Part shown: positions 33,205 through 43,720 of the stretch, piece by piece
Position numbering within the stretch: the stretch's first letter is position 1
Layout of the letters: each line of letters starts with the position of its first letter
Origin: a virus
Reading direction: 5' to 3' (one strand)
IMG/VR virus record: IMGVR_UViG_3300020159_001918
Location: 8,201 to 72,200 of that record
Length of the DNA: 64,000 nt
Translations under genes and position numbers: made by a program
Notes under the pieces: model-generated
The model's input: the letters and a program-made list of their open reading frames with translations, nothing else
What the model was told of the DNA's origin: nothing
Databases searched by the model: none

Positions 33205-35837
33205 TGATTAACTTTCTTCCTAGTATAATTAAAACATTTTCTGACAATTCCCAGCAAAGTGTTGGCTTTTTAATCAAAAGCATTAAAGCCGATAAAGCAC
33301 AGGTAGCAGAATTGGTTAAAAGTCTTTCTAATTTTTCTGTTGGAGCAGACTTTGCCCCAACTTTAATGAGGTCTAGGGCAATTATAGAATCTGAATTCTT
33401 TGTTGATATTTTTAGAGATGTACAAATAAGATTTGATAGATATTTTTCAGCGTCTAATTCAATTAGCGTATCTTTAAACTCGATGATAGAAGTCATGTCA
33501 TCTCAAGTGGCAAAAATAGAAAAAAATATTTCTCTTTTAGAAAATTATATAAATAACTATGATTTTATTTCAGGAAAAGATGATCTTTATAATGATTCTT
33601 ATATAGAAAATTTTAATGATTTTCTAAAATCAAATACATATGACACCTCTCCAGTTCCTTTTGTAGATAGAGGTGGAGCTACTTTTGATGAAAGTGGAAA
33701 CGGTTTTGTTGATCCAATTGTTTCAAAATTTAAAATTGGCAGTGGTATTGATTTTGTAAATGCTATAGGTTTTGTAAAATCGGTAGACTACGAAACTAAC
33801 TATAGTCAATATATTTCTTCCATAACTGATTATGAATCTTTATTCAATGAGAAACAGTCGAACGTGTGGAATATCTCAGTTCAATCACCAACAGTATTAA
33901 CTTCTATCCCACCATCATTTTCTCAAAACATAGACTATGACTACTCTTATATAGTCGGTGCTAAAACTGTAATGACAATTAACTTTATAAAAGAAATTGA
34001 AATGGATTTAATCAGAATAAATCCTAATGAATATGATGGACTGCAGCTGATGCAAGTAGTCATAGAATCAGCAAATATAGCAGAAAGAATCTATTCAAGC
34101 AATTCTAATGTTCCTAGCTCTGGTTATCAAAAAAAGAAAATTCTATTATCTCCAGTAAAGATAAACTCTGTATTAGACATTAACTTTCCATTAGACAAAG
34201 TAAAGAGTATAACGCTTATATTTAATCAAAGCACGTATAAAAAAAATACTATTTCACCAACCTCAGATGAAGTATCTTCAAGGCTAATTCATGAATTGCT
34301 AAATGGTATAAGGAAAAATAAAAAAAATAATCACAGTAAACTTCAAGACATAGTCCTAGAATATTTTAGAAAATTCAATTCAATAGATGAGGCAAAAAGA
34401 AATTCTTATGCATACACTGACTACTATACATATAAATATCCAATTGACAAAGTTGGATCCCAACCATTTTTAAATGAAAAAAATAATTCAATATCTTTAG
34501 ACCAGGAAAATCGCCTGTCGTCTAGTAACCATCTTTCTGTAATGGTAAAAAATATAGTGTCACAAACACTAGGTGATAGATTTAAGTTGTTTGATGATTC
34601 ATTATTCGTAGATAGCAGATTAAATAATAGGGGTGGATTTCTTGGTAAGATTGGAAATTCTCCAAGTATTCTAAGTAAGAATTCAAACTCATTAGATAAA
34701 AATCTAGTAAGCTTTTCAGATGATGCCATTATGTCTGGATCAAACATCTATTCTACGAATATGTTAAGAAACAAAAATCAAAATGTAGAAAATTACATGT
34801 ATTCTTTTTCGTTAAAGGGAGTGCAGTTTGGTAAGACAAGGCAAATCTCAAATGCAACAAACTCATTTTCGACTAACAAAGCATGCTTCATTAGTTCTAG
34901 AATTCCAATAGATGGAAACCCTTTAGCTGTTAAGGCTAAGTTAAACTTAGAGAAGGTTGATGAGAGTAGAGCACTTCCAGATTTCGATCTTAAGGAAGCA
35001 AACTCATATGAACTGTCAATTTCGATAAATGAAAATCCAGCTTCAGAAAATGATTGGATACCAATTATTTCCTACGATAGCAGTGATATTAAATCTGAAT
35101 TTTTATTTTTTGATTCAATAAGTAAAACAGCATTTTTAAGATTTTTTCCAATTGATACATCTATAAAAATATACTCAAATCAAAAATTAATTCCAGAAAG
35201 TCAATATACTATAAATAAGTTTAACAAATCAATTTATATAAATTCTTTTGAACCAAAGAATAATTACGTCGCTAGTTATACAGCAGACAACGTTAACTTT
35301 ACTCAAAATTATATAGATATATCTACGCTTTTGACTGCCAATCAAACCTTATCGGCTTATTCTAATGATAAAAATGGTGAGTTCTTTGAAAGAACTACAT
35401 CAAATAATGGTATTAAATTAATTAATCAACCATATATAAACTATGATAAGTTAAAAAAGGCTTCCTACAGTGAAAGAGGTGGTACTATTAACACGATAGA
35501 GTACACCGGCTATAATCCAGTGCTTGTAAAGTTTTCTGATGGTTCATATGCCACTAATCTTACTAACTATAAATTAGGTGGTTTTGAAAAGGGTGAATTT
35601 TATGATACTCAGGAAGTTCTATTCTTCCATAATGGAAAGAATATCATCTTCAATAAAGCTATTACTCAACCTTTTAACGTTATATATGAATATTTAAATA
35701 GTCAAGTAAGATTTAGATTAATTATAAGAAATAATTTTAATAACTATTTTTCATCTGGTTCAGTAGACAATGTTATACTTAAGTTTAAGACAAAAAACTC
35801 TGATCATATGGCAAATAATCTTTTAAGATTGGGATAA
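33204..35837 (+). CDS. Tail/fibre structural protein
   Basis: ORF starting at MINFLPSIIKTFSDNSQQSVG; start overlaps the previous stop (TAATG). Confidence 0.55.
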   Translation: MINFLPSIIKTFSDNSQQSVGFLIKSIKADKAQVAELVKSLSNFSVGADFAPTLMRSRAIIESEFFVDIFRDVQIRFDRYFSASNSISVSLNSMIEVMSSQVAKIEKNISLLENYINNYDFISGKDDLYNDSYIENFNDFLKSNTYDTSPVPFVDRGGATFDESGNGFVDPIVSKFKIGSGIDFVNAIGFVKSVDYETNYSQYISSITDYESLFNEKQSNVWNISVQSPTVLTSIPPSFSQNIDYDYSYIVGAKTVMTINFIKEIEMDLIRINPNEYDGLQLMQVVIESANIAERIYSSNSNVPSSGYQKKKILLSPVKINSVLDINFPLDKVKSITLIFNQSTYKKNTISPTSDEVSSRLIHELLNGIRKNKKNNHSKLQDIVLEYFRKFNSIDEAKRNSYAYTDYYTYKYPIDKVGSQPFLNEKNNSISLDQENRLSSSNHLSVMVKNIVSQTLGDRFKLFDDSLFVDSRLNNRGGFLGKIGNSPSILSKNSNSLDKNLVSFSDDAIMSGSNIYSTNMLRNKNQNVENYMYSFSLKGVQFGKTRQISNATNSFSTNKACFISSRIPIDGNPLAVKAKLNLEKVDESRALPDFDLKEANSYELSISINENPASENDWIPIISYDSSDIKSEFLFFDSISKTAFLRFFPIDTSIKIYSNQKLIPESQYTINKFNKSIYINSFEPKNNYVASYTADNVNFTQNYIDISTLLTANQTLSAYSNDKNGEFFERTTSNNGIKLINQPYINYDKLKKASYSERGGTINTIEYTGYNPVLVKFSDGSYATNLTNYKLGGFEKGEFYDTQEVLFFHNGKNIIFNKAITQPFNVIYEYLNSQVRFRLIIRNNFNNYFSSGSVDNVILKFKTKNSDHMANNLLRLG

Positions 35838-35839
35838 AA

Positions 35840-37997
35840 ATGGCTCAACTATCTACAAATACAGTATTCTATGATCAACTTATTAAGAAGGTACAAGCCT
35901 TTCTAAGAAAGTATTCTCAAAATACAGTTAGCTCATATGAAGATATGTCAGAAGAATTTCACATACTTATAACTGAGATAAATAAATACTCGACTGATCC
36001 AATAGCAAAATATAATCAAGTCATAAAAGGTGAGCCACCATCTTCTAAAAAGTTCAATACATTTATTTCTGGGGTTGCAGATGATTTAAACATAATAGCT
36101 AAGCAGCTTGATTATCAGAGTGCACAGTTGGTGTCTTTGTATAATTTATTTAACTCTGAAATAGAAAAAGAAAATCAATTTGCTAATAGAATTAAGTCAA
36201 AAGTAAGAATACTTCAGGCTTACTCAGAAGCACCTAGTGAAGATCTATATTACTTTGGTGACTCATTTGAGAACATGGATTTTATAGATGTAGAAAAAAC
36301 ACCCAAAAACCTCATTGCGTCGATTAGAAACGGAAACGCATCGCTTCCAGTTATCGACACGAACGCTTGGAGTGTTAGATCAATTTCAATTGATGAAAAA
36401 GAATCTAATGGATTCATTGGGAATAATCATATGGTGTATGCGAAAGGGAATATAGATTCAAACTATCGTTACATGTTCCAGGACAATAACTCTGTGGGAC
36501 TCCTGCAGAACGTAACTGATTCTAACCCTTTAACATATTTTGAATATGAGGGAATATACATAGACCCAATACTAAAAAATAAAAATGGAGCAAAAGATTT
36601 TGAATTTACATATTCTTCTAAAATCTCAACAGATGGAAAAACAGATACTGTTTATAAAAATTGGTCAGAAAAGATTCTTAAAGAACCACTTAAGCTAACC
36701 TTAAAATTAAAAGCAGATTCTTCAAGAAAAACAAATTCTATATCTATAGTTCCTTATTTCGGACAAAGTCGGAGCACCATATTCCGAGTTAAAAGTTTCT
36801 TCTATAACTGCAATTTCTAAAATAACAAATCAAACTGTTGAGCTTTTAGGTTCTCCGGTTTATATAGGTTCTAATTTTATTCCTCAAAATATTGAATCTA
36901 AAAAAAATTACTACTATAATAAAGCCGTAGTTTATTTTAATGAAATAGTTACATCAGAAATAACTGTTAAGTTAGAGCAATCAGACTACTCGGATATAAC
37001 AATGCAGCATATGTATTGGAAACCGTTTTCGAATACCGGATCTCTTGCTCCACTGAATACTAATAGTAGATTTGATCCAGCTGGACTTAGTGCTATTGGT
37101 TTTCAAGATGTCCAGTTTAATTATTTAGATTTAGTTCCAAGTATTCTTCGTCCCAATCTTTTAAAAGATCAGTCTAGTCTTGCGACAAATAAGATTAATA
37201 TCACGTATAAAGAAGCCATAAAGGTAGAGAGATATGTTGTAACCTTTAAGAGATTAGGTTCTTCTGCAACTCCATCTTTGCAAAAATACTATTACGTAAA
37301 CCCAACAATAGCCTATCAGACTTTAGCTAAGCAGCAGGAATTGGCAGCTGTGTCTGATATTACTCTAGCTTTTCAATACGAAAGTTTGATTGCCGCTGAA
37401 ACGGCAAAAACATATATACAAGCAAAAATATCAAGCGCAGAATGGTCTGGTTCTAACTTTCAAGATTTAGCAGTAGAAACAATTAAGTCAGATTTATCAC
37501 CTAAGTATTCGACATCTTCCGTCTTGCTTCAAAGAAATTTTGAAATTTATCCAGCTAAAAGATTTACGATAGGACTTAGATCTATAGATGTTAACTATAG
37601 CGTATATGCACAAAAAGCTCAGTTAATATCTAAGCCATTTGTTTTTGGTTACAATGTAAAAAATCTAACTATATCTTCTGATACCGTATTTAGCCTTCAG
37701 GGTGGTAACTCAAATATAAGCTACATTAAATATTACGTATCAATAGATGATGGGAAAAAGTGGATACAAATTTCTCCGATAGAAGATCCGTTCAATGGCA
37801 TTCCTGAAATATTATCATTTAATGAAAATGTAGAAAGCTTTGGTCAAGTAAAGGGAGTTTCATATTTTAACTCTCCAGACATACCATCTGACACAAAGTC
37901 AATCAGAATAAAAATTGATATAGAAAAACCAAGATATGAAAACACTACACCTGTTATTTACTCATATCAAATAGCCGGAAGAGTTGAGCAATTATGA
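35840..37997 (+). CDS. Tail/fibre structural protein (about 718 aa) requiring a CGGA +1 event
   Basis: 35840..36820 and 37002..37997 join at CGGA 36770 (...FGQS-R-APYSELKVSSITAISKITNQTVELLGSPVYIGSNFIPQ...). Confidence 0.8.
36770..36773 (+). other. CGG +1 recoding site 6 (AGT CGGA GCA)
   Basis: In-frame CGG. The +1 frame is open through to 37997. An out-of-phase CGG (TTC GGA, 36760) lies 10 nt upstream and does not affect the frame. Confidence 0.88.
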
Positions 37998-40219
37998 CGA
38001 TAAGCAATATACAGAAGGAAAAATTCTTAAGCACTTTATATAAGAGCCTTTATGCTGGTGGAAACAAGCCTAACGAGCAGGAGATATTAGAGTTCTTTTC
38101 TAAGTACTTCTCCAAGTATGAGCCAGGGCAGCCACTAGACATAAATGCTCAAATATTTAGACAGATGGCATTTGGTCAAGTTGAAATTTTTAATCAAAAG
38201 ATGCTACATACTCTTTTTAATATAGAGGTTTTGTATGATTCTATATTTGAAAATTCTGATGATTTAATGACTGTAGCAACAGCATTGAATAAAAGATTAA
38301 ATAACTTAAAGTCTAAAAGAATGATGTTAGAAAATAGAGTAGATGATTTAATTTTTGCTAATCAAAATTCAGAAGGATACTACGCAGCATACTCAGACAA
38401 CTTTGCTTCAATAAATGGATCTGATCTGAATTATACTTCAGCTTTTGTCGACACAGTTAACGGTAAAGTTTCACTACCAACATTAAAGTCTTCGGTTTTT
38501 GATTTACTTTCTACTAGTTCAATTGTAGCAAGCGCACCAACATATTCTCTGAGTTTTAATAAAACGCAAATAGATTTAAATAAGAAATTTTCTGACGATT
38601 CTTTTTTTGGATCTGTTTTTGATGGTTTAGAAAATACTGAATGGCAAAACATATTTTATTTTGACACTATAGGCTTGGTTAGTTTTTCGATCAACTTGCC
38701 CATAGCTAGAAATGTAATCTTATCAAAGATAGAAGGAAGACTAAATACTATTTCTCCAACTGATATCTATGTAAAAGTAAACTACGCGGACGCCAACAAA
38801 GTGTCAGAGGTATTGAATAAAAAATCTACTAAAGATTATGATAGATTTTCCTTTAGCTTTGACCCGGGCAATGTTGGGTCAATAGATGTATTTTTCGTTA
38901 AAACAGAACCAGACGTCATAGAAGATAATAGAGTTAGTAGATATGGATATAGATACGGAATTAGGGATATTGCTATTAGTGGACAGTATTATGATAAGTC
39001 TGCATCTTTTGTATCTGCTCCAATATCATTAAATTCAAATGATAATAGCAACCTAGTAATAGATGCTGTATCGGTAGATGTTGGAGAAAATTCACAAGAT
39101 GGTTCTGTTAATTACTTTGTAGCAGAAGATAACGAGTCCGCTCAATCAATATCTGATTTTTCCTGGATTCCAATTTCTCCGGAACAAAGTACTCAGAACT
39201 CTTTTTCTACAACAGTTAATTTTTCTGGCTCTTCTCTAAAATCAAAAAAGATATTAAATGATGTACAAAACTCTACAAACTCTTTGAAGAAAATACCATT
39301 AGTTTCAAAAAATACTTCTAAGAACTTAAATGAGCAAAATCCAACAGTTGACCTATATCCAAATCAAACAATATATAGAATAGCAAAGCTTGATCAATTG
39401 GATAACCCGGTTAGTTCTTATCTATTAGATGGTATAAATTCAGTTTCTGGTAATTATATAAATTATAAAAATAGTATTTATAATGAAAACGATTCCTTGG
39501 CTACTTGGGGAAATATTTTATCTGGAAAATCAAGTGTTAGACAAATATTCTCTATACCATCTTATGAAATATCTAATAATTCTATATTTTTTTCTGGTCC
39601 AAACTTAAAATCAATTAGCGTTTTATTGGAAACTAAAATATTCTGCGCTAATGATATCACCATTAGACACTTGTTGGTTAAGAATGATAGCGTTTCGAAG
39701 AGCTGGGATGTTGCAGTCTATCTAAATGGAAGGCCATCAAGTGTTCCTTCTGGGGTAACTTCAGAGTTGATTGAATGGAACTTCAAAGCGGGAATCAATA
39801 CAATTAAGGTAGCTATAGATATAAAGGATAGTGCAAACGGTTCAATCAGTTTAATGGATTCTAAATCATTATTAGATTATGGTTTAGTTTATAGTCAATA
39901 CTACGGCTATGTAGACCCAATTGAGTTCAAGATCAACAGATCAACATATGACAAGGTATTTACTATCGAAAATTTTTTCGGCAATAAAGAAGTCTTATGT
40001 AGAGATAATGTTAATAGTAATTCAAGATTATTTTATTACTCAAACAACCCAAACCCAGTAACTGCCTTAAGATTTAGGGCCGACATATCTAGGGGTAGAA
40101 ACCCATTGTCCTCTCCAACTATTGATTATTTTAAATTAAAGTTTAAGAATTCGGAAAATTATTCCGATATATCAGCAAATGAATTATCCTATAATAATTC
40201 AACAACAAGTGAATATTAA
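37994..40219 (+). CDS. Tail/fibre structural protein
   Basis: ORF, short overlap with the upstream gene; same repeated style of structural ORFs. Confidence 0.5.
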   Translation: MTISNIQKEKFLSTLYKSLYAGGNKPNEQEILEFFSKYFSKYEPGQPLDINAQIFRQMAFGQVEIFNQKMLHTLFNIEVLYDSIFENSDDLMTVATALNKRLNNLKSKRMMLENRVDDLIFANQNSEGYYAAYSDNFASINGSDLNYTSAFVDTVNGKVSLPTLKSSVFDLLSTSSIVASAPTYSLSFNKTQIDLNKKFSDDSFFGSVFDGLENTEWQNIFYFDTIGLVSFSINLPIARNVILSKIEGRLNTISPTDIYVKVNYADANKVSEVLNKKSTKDYDRFSFSFDPGNVGSIDVFFVKTEPDVIEDNRVSRYGYRYGIRDIAISGQYYDKSASFVSAPISLNSNDNSNLVIDAVSVDVGENSQDGSVNYFVAEDNESAQSISDFSWIPISPEQSTQNSFSTTVNFSGSSLKSKKILNDVQNSTNSLKKIPLVSKNTSKNLNEQNPTVDLYPNQTIYRIAKLDQLDNPVSSYLLDGINSVSGNYINYKNSIYNENDSLATWGNILSGKSSVRQIFSIPSYEISNNSIFFSGPNLKSISVLLETKIFCANDITIRHLLVKNDSVSKSWDVAVYLNGRPSSVPSGVTSELIEWNFKAGINTIKVAIDIKDSANGSISLMDSKSLLDYGLVYSQYYGYVDPIEFKINRSTYDKVFTIENFFGNKEVLCRDNVNSNSRLFYYSNNPNPVTALRFRADISRGRNPLSSPTIDYFKLKFKNSENYSDISANELSYNNSTTSEY

Positions 40220-40249
40220 AGTTTACTATACCTAAAGTAGGAGACACAC

Positions 40250-40675
40250 ATGCCGATAAGTTATCTAGACCCAAATAGTAAAAAAATAATTAGAGAACCA
40301 TTAGTCAAGAGGTTTAGATCATTTTATAGATCTCCAAGAAAGAGTGGTCAAGAAAATCTTTTTAATCAAAAAGTTTATATGGATATGAACAGATTGTATT
40401 TGGAATTAGAACTTCTTGATACAGCTATAATCGATAAAATAAAGATTTTCTTAGGAGCGGAAAAAGATGAAACCCATGAAATTCGAACTGTTTCAGATGA
40501 GATAACCGGTGAGCAATACTATGGTAGAGTTTACGACCTGTCTACTGATTCAATTTCAATGTACGACTACAGCGCAAGTGATACAATAGATTACTTAGAA
40601 ACCACGGATACAATTGGCGGAAGTTTGTCAAGATTATTTTATAAAATTAATAAATTAGAAAAACAGACTGGATAA
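40250..40675 (+). CDS. Hypothetical structural-module protein
   Basis: ORF with good packing. Confidence 0.5.
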   Translation: MPISYLDPNSKKIIREPLVKRFRSFYRSPRKSGQENLFNQKVYMDMNRLYLELELLDTAIIDKIKIFLGAEKDETHEIRTVSDEITGEQYYGRVYDLSTDSISMYDYSASDTIDYLETTDTIGGSLSRLFYKINKLEKQTG

Positions 40676-40684
40676 TTAATTAAA

Positions 40685-41953
40685 ATGTCAGATTACCTAA
40701 ACACAGAAAATAAAACAATACAGTACAACGGTCCTGTAGACAGTGCTGACTTTAACATAAGGGCAGAACAGAACTATCAAGACTTAGTTCACCTCTATAA
40801 TAGATCTGGTGTGTTAGATCAGAAGTTGAGTCAGGCTTTTGAAAGAGTATTAAAAGATCATTTATTTATCTCTAGAGCTATAGCAGATCTAGAAGATAGG
40901 GTAAAGGCAATTGAATACAATACTGATTCACCTTATAAAAAACTCTCTATATATAGCTATTCTCAAATAGATGTAGCCGGCTTTGTCAGCGACGCACAGT
41001 TTGCGCTTTCAAGTTCTGAGGCACTTAGTTTTGATCATGTATATAATTTAATAACGCTACCTAAGGTTGATGGTTCTTCTTATTCTAAACTTAAGTTTTT
41101 TAGCGGCTTAGGGGAGCAAACAATTCCAGATTTTCTAGAAACAAAAATAAAGAATGACTTCGTCAGTGTGGACACACCCGGTGCGCTAGTAGATACTAGT
41201 CCAATGTTTCATGCGCTATTAGACAGGTCTGATAAATTCTGGAAACGAAATATCATAGCCGACTCAGCTTTAGGATCGGGCGCCCAAATGTTTGCCTACT
41301 ACAAGATCCCCAATGCCTATTCTGGATCTGACACATCGAACTATCTGTCCCTATCTCCATATCCATTATTTGGAGTAGATATTCTCTCCATTGAATACAC
41401 TACAAAGGTAGAGCCATCTTTAGAAGAATCTGATGGATGGACTCCTTTGAATTTTAATAGATTATACGATAGCGAATCTGATGCGATAGGTAGAGTTGCT
41501 CCAGGTGGATGGTCAATAGTCGGTTCGGACATAGTACTCAATGCTGGGCCAATGGGATTCTATTTCCCTCCAATAAAGATTACTGCAATTAGAATAAACA
41601 TGAGGCAGAGAAATTATATTTTAGAAAATGGCAAGTACGTATATACATATGGCTTATCTGATCTAGATGTAAGATCGCAAAGGTTCCTGGAAACTGGAAG
41701 AACAATAATCAAGTTCACCGCCCCAGAAGGAACATTGATCTATTCGGTTGATGAGGTCATACCAAAGATGTATAATGTTCCTGAGGAACTAATATCTACA
41801 GCTTTCAGCTATAGGGTTATCTGGAAAGATAGTGGAGTTTATACGCTTGACGAGGTTCCTGGTTCATCTTCAGTTTGGATAGAAGTAACCCTAAATCAGC
41901 TTGGGGACGGAACAGCTCCAGTCCTGTCTGATTTAATAGTCAATTATAGCTAA
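40685..41953 (+). CDS. Tail/fibre structural protein
   Basis: ORF; N-terminal coiled-coil-like region followed by a beta-rich body. Confidence 0.5.
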   Translation: MSDYLNTENKTIQYNGPVDSADFNIRAEQNYQDLVHLYNRSGVLDQKLSQAFERVLKDHLFISRAIADLEDRVKAIEYNTDSPYKKLSIYSYSQIDVAGFVSDAQFALSSSEALSFDHVYNLITLPKVDGSSYSKLKFFSGLGEQTIPDFLETKIKNDFVSVDTPGALVDTSPMFHALLDRSDKFWKRNIIADSALGSGAQMFAYYKIPNAYSGSDTSNYLSLSPYPLFGVDILSIEYTTKVEPSLEESDGWTPLNFNRLYDSESDAIGRVAPGGWSIVGSDIVLNAGPMGFYFPPIKITAIRINMRQRNYILENGKYVYTYGLSDLDVRSQRFLETGRTIIKFTAPEGTLIYSVDEVIPKMYNVPEELISTAFSYRVIWKDSGVYTLDEVPGSSSVWIEVTLNQLGDGTAPVLSDLIVNYS

Positions 41954-42024
41954 TTTTAATAGTTAATAAGTGGCTATTTGATTTTACTATAAATACCACA
42001 ATATTCTTTTAAGGAGACTATAAA

Positions 42025-42615
42025 ATGGCAACTTACTACGTTGGCCCAAGGCCAGTACTCAAAGGTCGTTCAACCGCTGACATGGTGAACCCTTTTAAGG
42101 GTACAGCTGGAACCTACTCTTTCTATCCCCTCTTTGCACCAGGTCTTTTAACTGGGGCTCCAGATAATAATCATGTTCCTGGAACTGGGTATCATCCAGG
42201 TAACGTTCTTCTTTCTCAGCTGTTCAATGGTTCTACTCTGTACGCAGGAACAACCCCATTAGCTGGAGAATTTGCAGATGGAACTACAACATTTGGTGGA
42301 ATGAGATTCCGTCCAAGTGAATACAAGGGCCTCACAACAGCTAAGGCACTAGATGGCGGTCACGCAAAGCGCACAACCGACTATAGTCTCTATAGCAACT
42401 ATATCTTTGACGGTGTAACTTCAGCAGAAGCATTTGCAAACCTAGGTCATGCAGAGCGTACAACCGCTTACAGCCTCTATAACAACTATATCTTCGACGG
42501 TGTAACCTCAGCAGAAGTAATGCCAGCTGGTTATGGACAGGCTAATACTGCCAGTGAATACGGTCGCAATAAAGTTGGTGAGTACAAAGGTGTACCATCA
42601 GCAGTCGCTCTTTAA
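42025..42615 (+). CDS. Virion-like protein with an internal 29-aa duplication
   Basis: MATYYVGPRPVLKGRSTADMVNPFKG... with GHAKRTTDYSLYSNYIFDGVTSAEAFANL / GHAERTTAYSLYNNYIFDGVTSAEVMPAG; strong AAGGAGA upstream. Confidence 0.6.
   Translation: MATYYVGPRPVLKGRSTADMVNPFKGTAGTYSFYPLFAPGLLTGAPDNNHVPGTGYHPGNVLLSQLFNGSTLYAGTTPLAGEFADGTTTFGGMRFRPSEYKGLTTAKALDGGHAKRTTDYSLYSNYIFDGVTSAEAFANLGHAERTTAYSLYNNYIFDGVTSAEVMPAGYGQANTASEYGRNKVGEYKGVPSAVAL
42358..42531 (+). repeat. Two-copy imperfect direct repeat, period 87 nt (29 aa)
   Basis: Copy 1 from 42358, copy 2 from 42445, read directly in DNA and protein. Confidence 0.85.
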
Positions 42616-42630
42616 CAATAGGAGAAAACA

Positions 42631-42834
42631 ATGCCAGATCAAAAATTAATTAAAGATGTACTTGAAAGAGCTCTTTGGACTGCAGCACAAACATTCATTG
42701 CTGTTTATACAGTTGGTGGAGTTGACCAAGCTAAAGCAGCAGCAACAGCAGCAGCAGCAGCAGGGCTTAGTGTTATCAAGGGATTCGCAGCAACAAAAAT
42801 TGGAGACAAGGACTCCGCTGCATCTTTGAAATAA
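42631..42834 (+). CDS. Probable holin
   Basis: 67 aa, MPDQKLIKDVLERALWTAAQTFIAVYTVGGVDQAKAAATAAAAAGLSVIKGFAATKIG; resembles the small actinophage/r1t-type holins. Confidence 0.6.
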   Translation: MPDQKLIKDVLERALWTAAQTFIAVYTVGGVDQAKAAATAAAAAGLSVIKGFAATKIGDKDSAASLK

Positions 42835-42913
42835 TTAGTTAAATACAACATAAAAAAATCCTAACTGATATACTTGTCAGTACGGAAACCGACGCATCTA
42901 CTTAGCGTAAGAT

Positions 42914-42950
42914 AGTTATCCCGCCCCAATCAGGGCGGGATAACTGTTTT
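42914..42950 (+). terminator. Strong intrinsic terminator at the end of the structural module
   Basis: Perfect 13-bp stem AGTTATCCCGCCC / GGGCGGGATAACT, 6-nt loop, followed by GTTTT. Confidence 0.9.
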
Positions 42951-43006
42951 AAAGGGTCTCTTATATAAGTTTTTGTAGTTTTGTCTAGGGTTAATGAGGA
43001 TTATAA

Positions 43007-43711
43007 ATGTTTTTAGATCAGTTAAATACAGTAATTAGAGACAAAGCCCTTCCATTAGATGTTGCTGAAAAGTATCTTAACCTATATATAGGTGAAGCAG
43101 ATTGGAAAACGCACATTTCAAAACTATGGATGAATCTTGAAAACAAGAATAAGAATTCAGACATAAGTAAAGAAGATATAAAGAGAGCAATATCTTGCAC
43201 AATGTTATTGCCAACTATGGAGAAGACAAATATTCCTGATCCAGTTCACCTTATTTTATTTTGGTGCCCTACCTGGAATCAGTACAAAGAAAGAGATTGG
43301 TTTTCTTTATTTTTAGATATAGTTAAGAAAGATTTATACATACAAACCAATCAAAAGGAGTTACTATCGATTGGCATCATCGATCCAATTGATTATTCTC
43401 CATTAACTAGACAAAGCTTTAATTGGTTATATAATCAGGCAGAACAAAACGGTGATTTAACCGATAGGAATAAAGACATCGTGATTAAGAAAATGCAAAA
43501 CTTAGTTAGGATATATGGTGGTGCAGTTATATCAAACGTATTTCAAAATCACAAGAATGTAATAGACAAAGTTTTTAACTGGAGAAGTGGATATTTCTTC
43601 GAAAGAGAAATATATAACGTGTATAATTATGACCAAATAAAAAAGATCAAAAAAACAGAAATAGAAAAATTAAACCCTAAGTACGTAAAAACTTTAGCAT
43701 TAGTAAAATAA
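43007..43711 (+). CDS. Hypothetical protein, first gene of the early/middle module
   Basis: ORF with AATGAGGAT upstream. Confidence 0.55.
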   Translation: MFLDQLNTVIRDKALPLDVAEKYLNLYIGEADWKTHISKLWMNLENKNKNSDISKEDIKRAISCTMLLPTMEKTNIPDPVHLILFWCPTWNQYKERDWFSLFLDIVKKDLYIQTNQKELLSIGIIDPIDYSPLTRQSFNWLYNQAEQNGDLTDRNKDIVIKKMQNLVRIYGGAVISNVFQNHKNVIDKVFNWRSGYFFEREIYNVYNYDQIKKIKKTEIEKLNPKYVKTLALVK

Positions 43712-43720
43712 GGAGATAGT

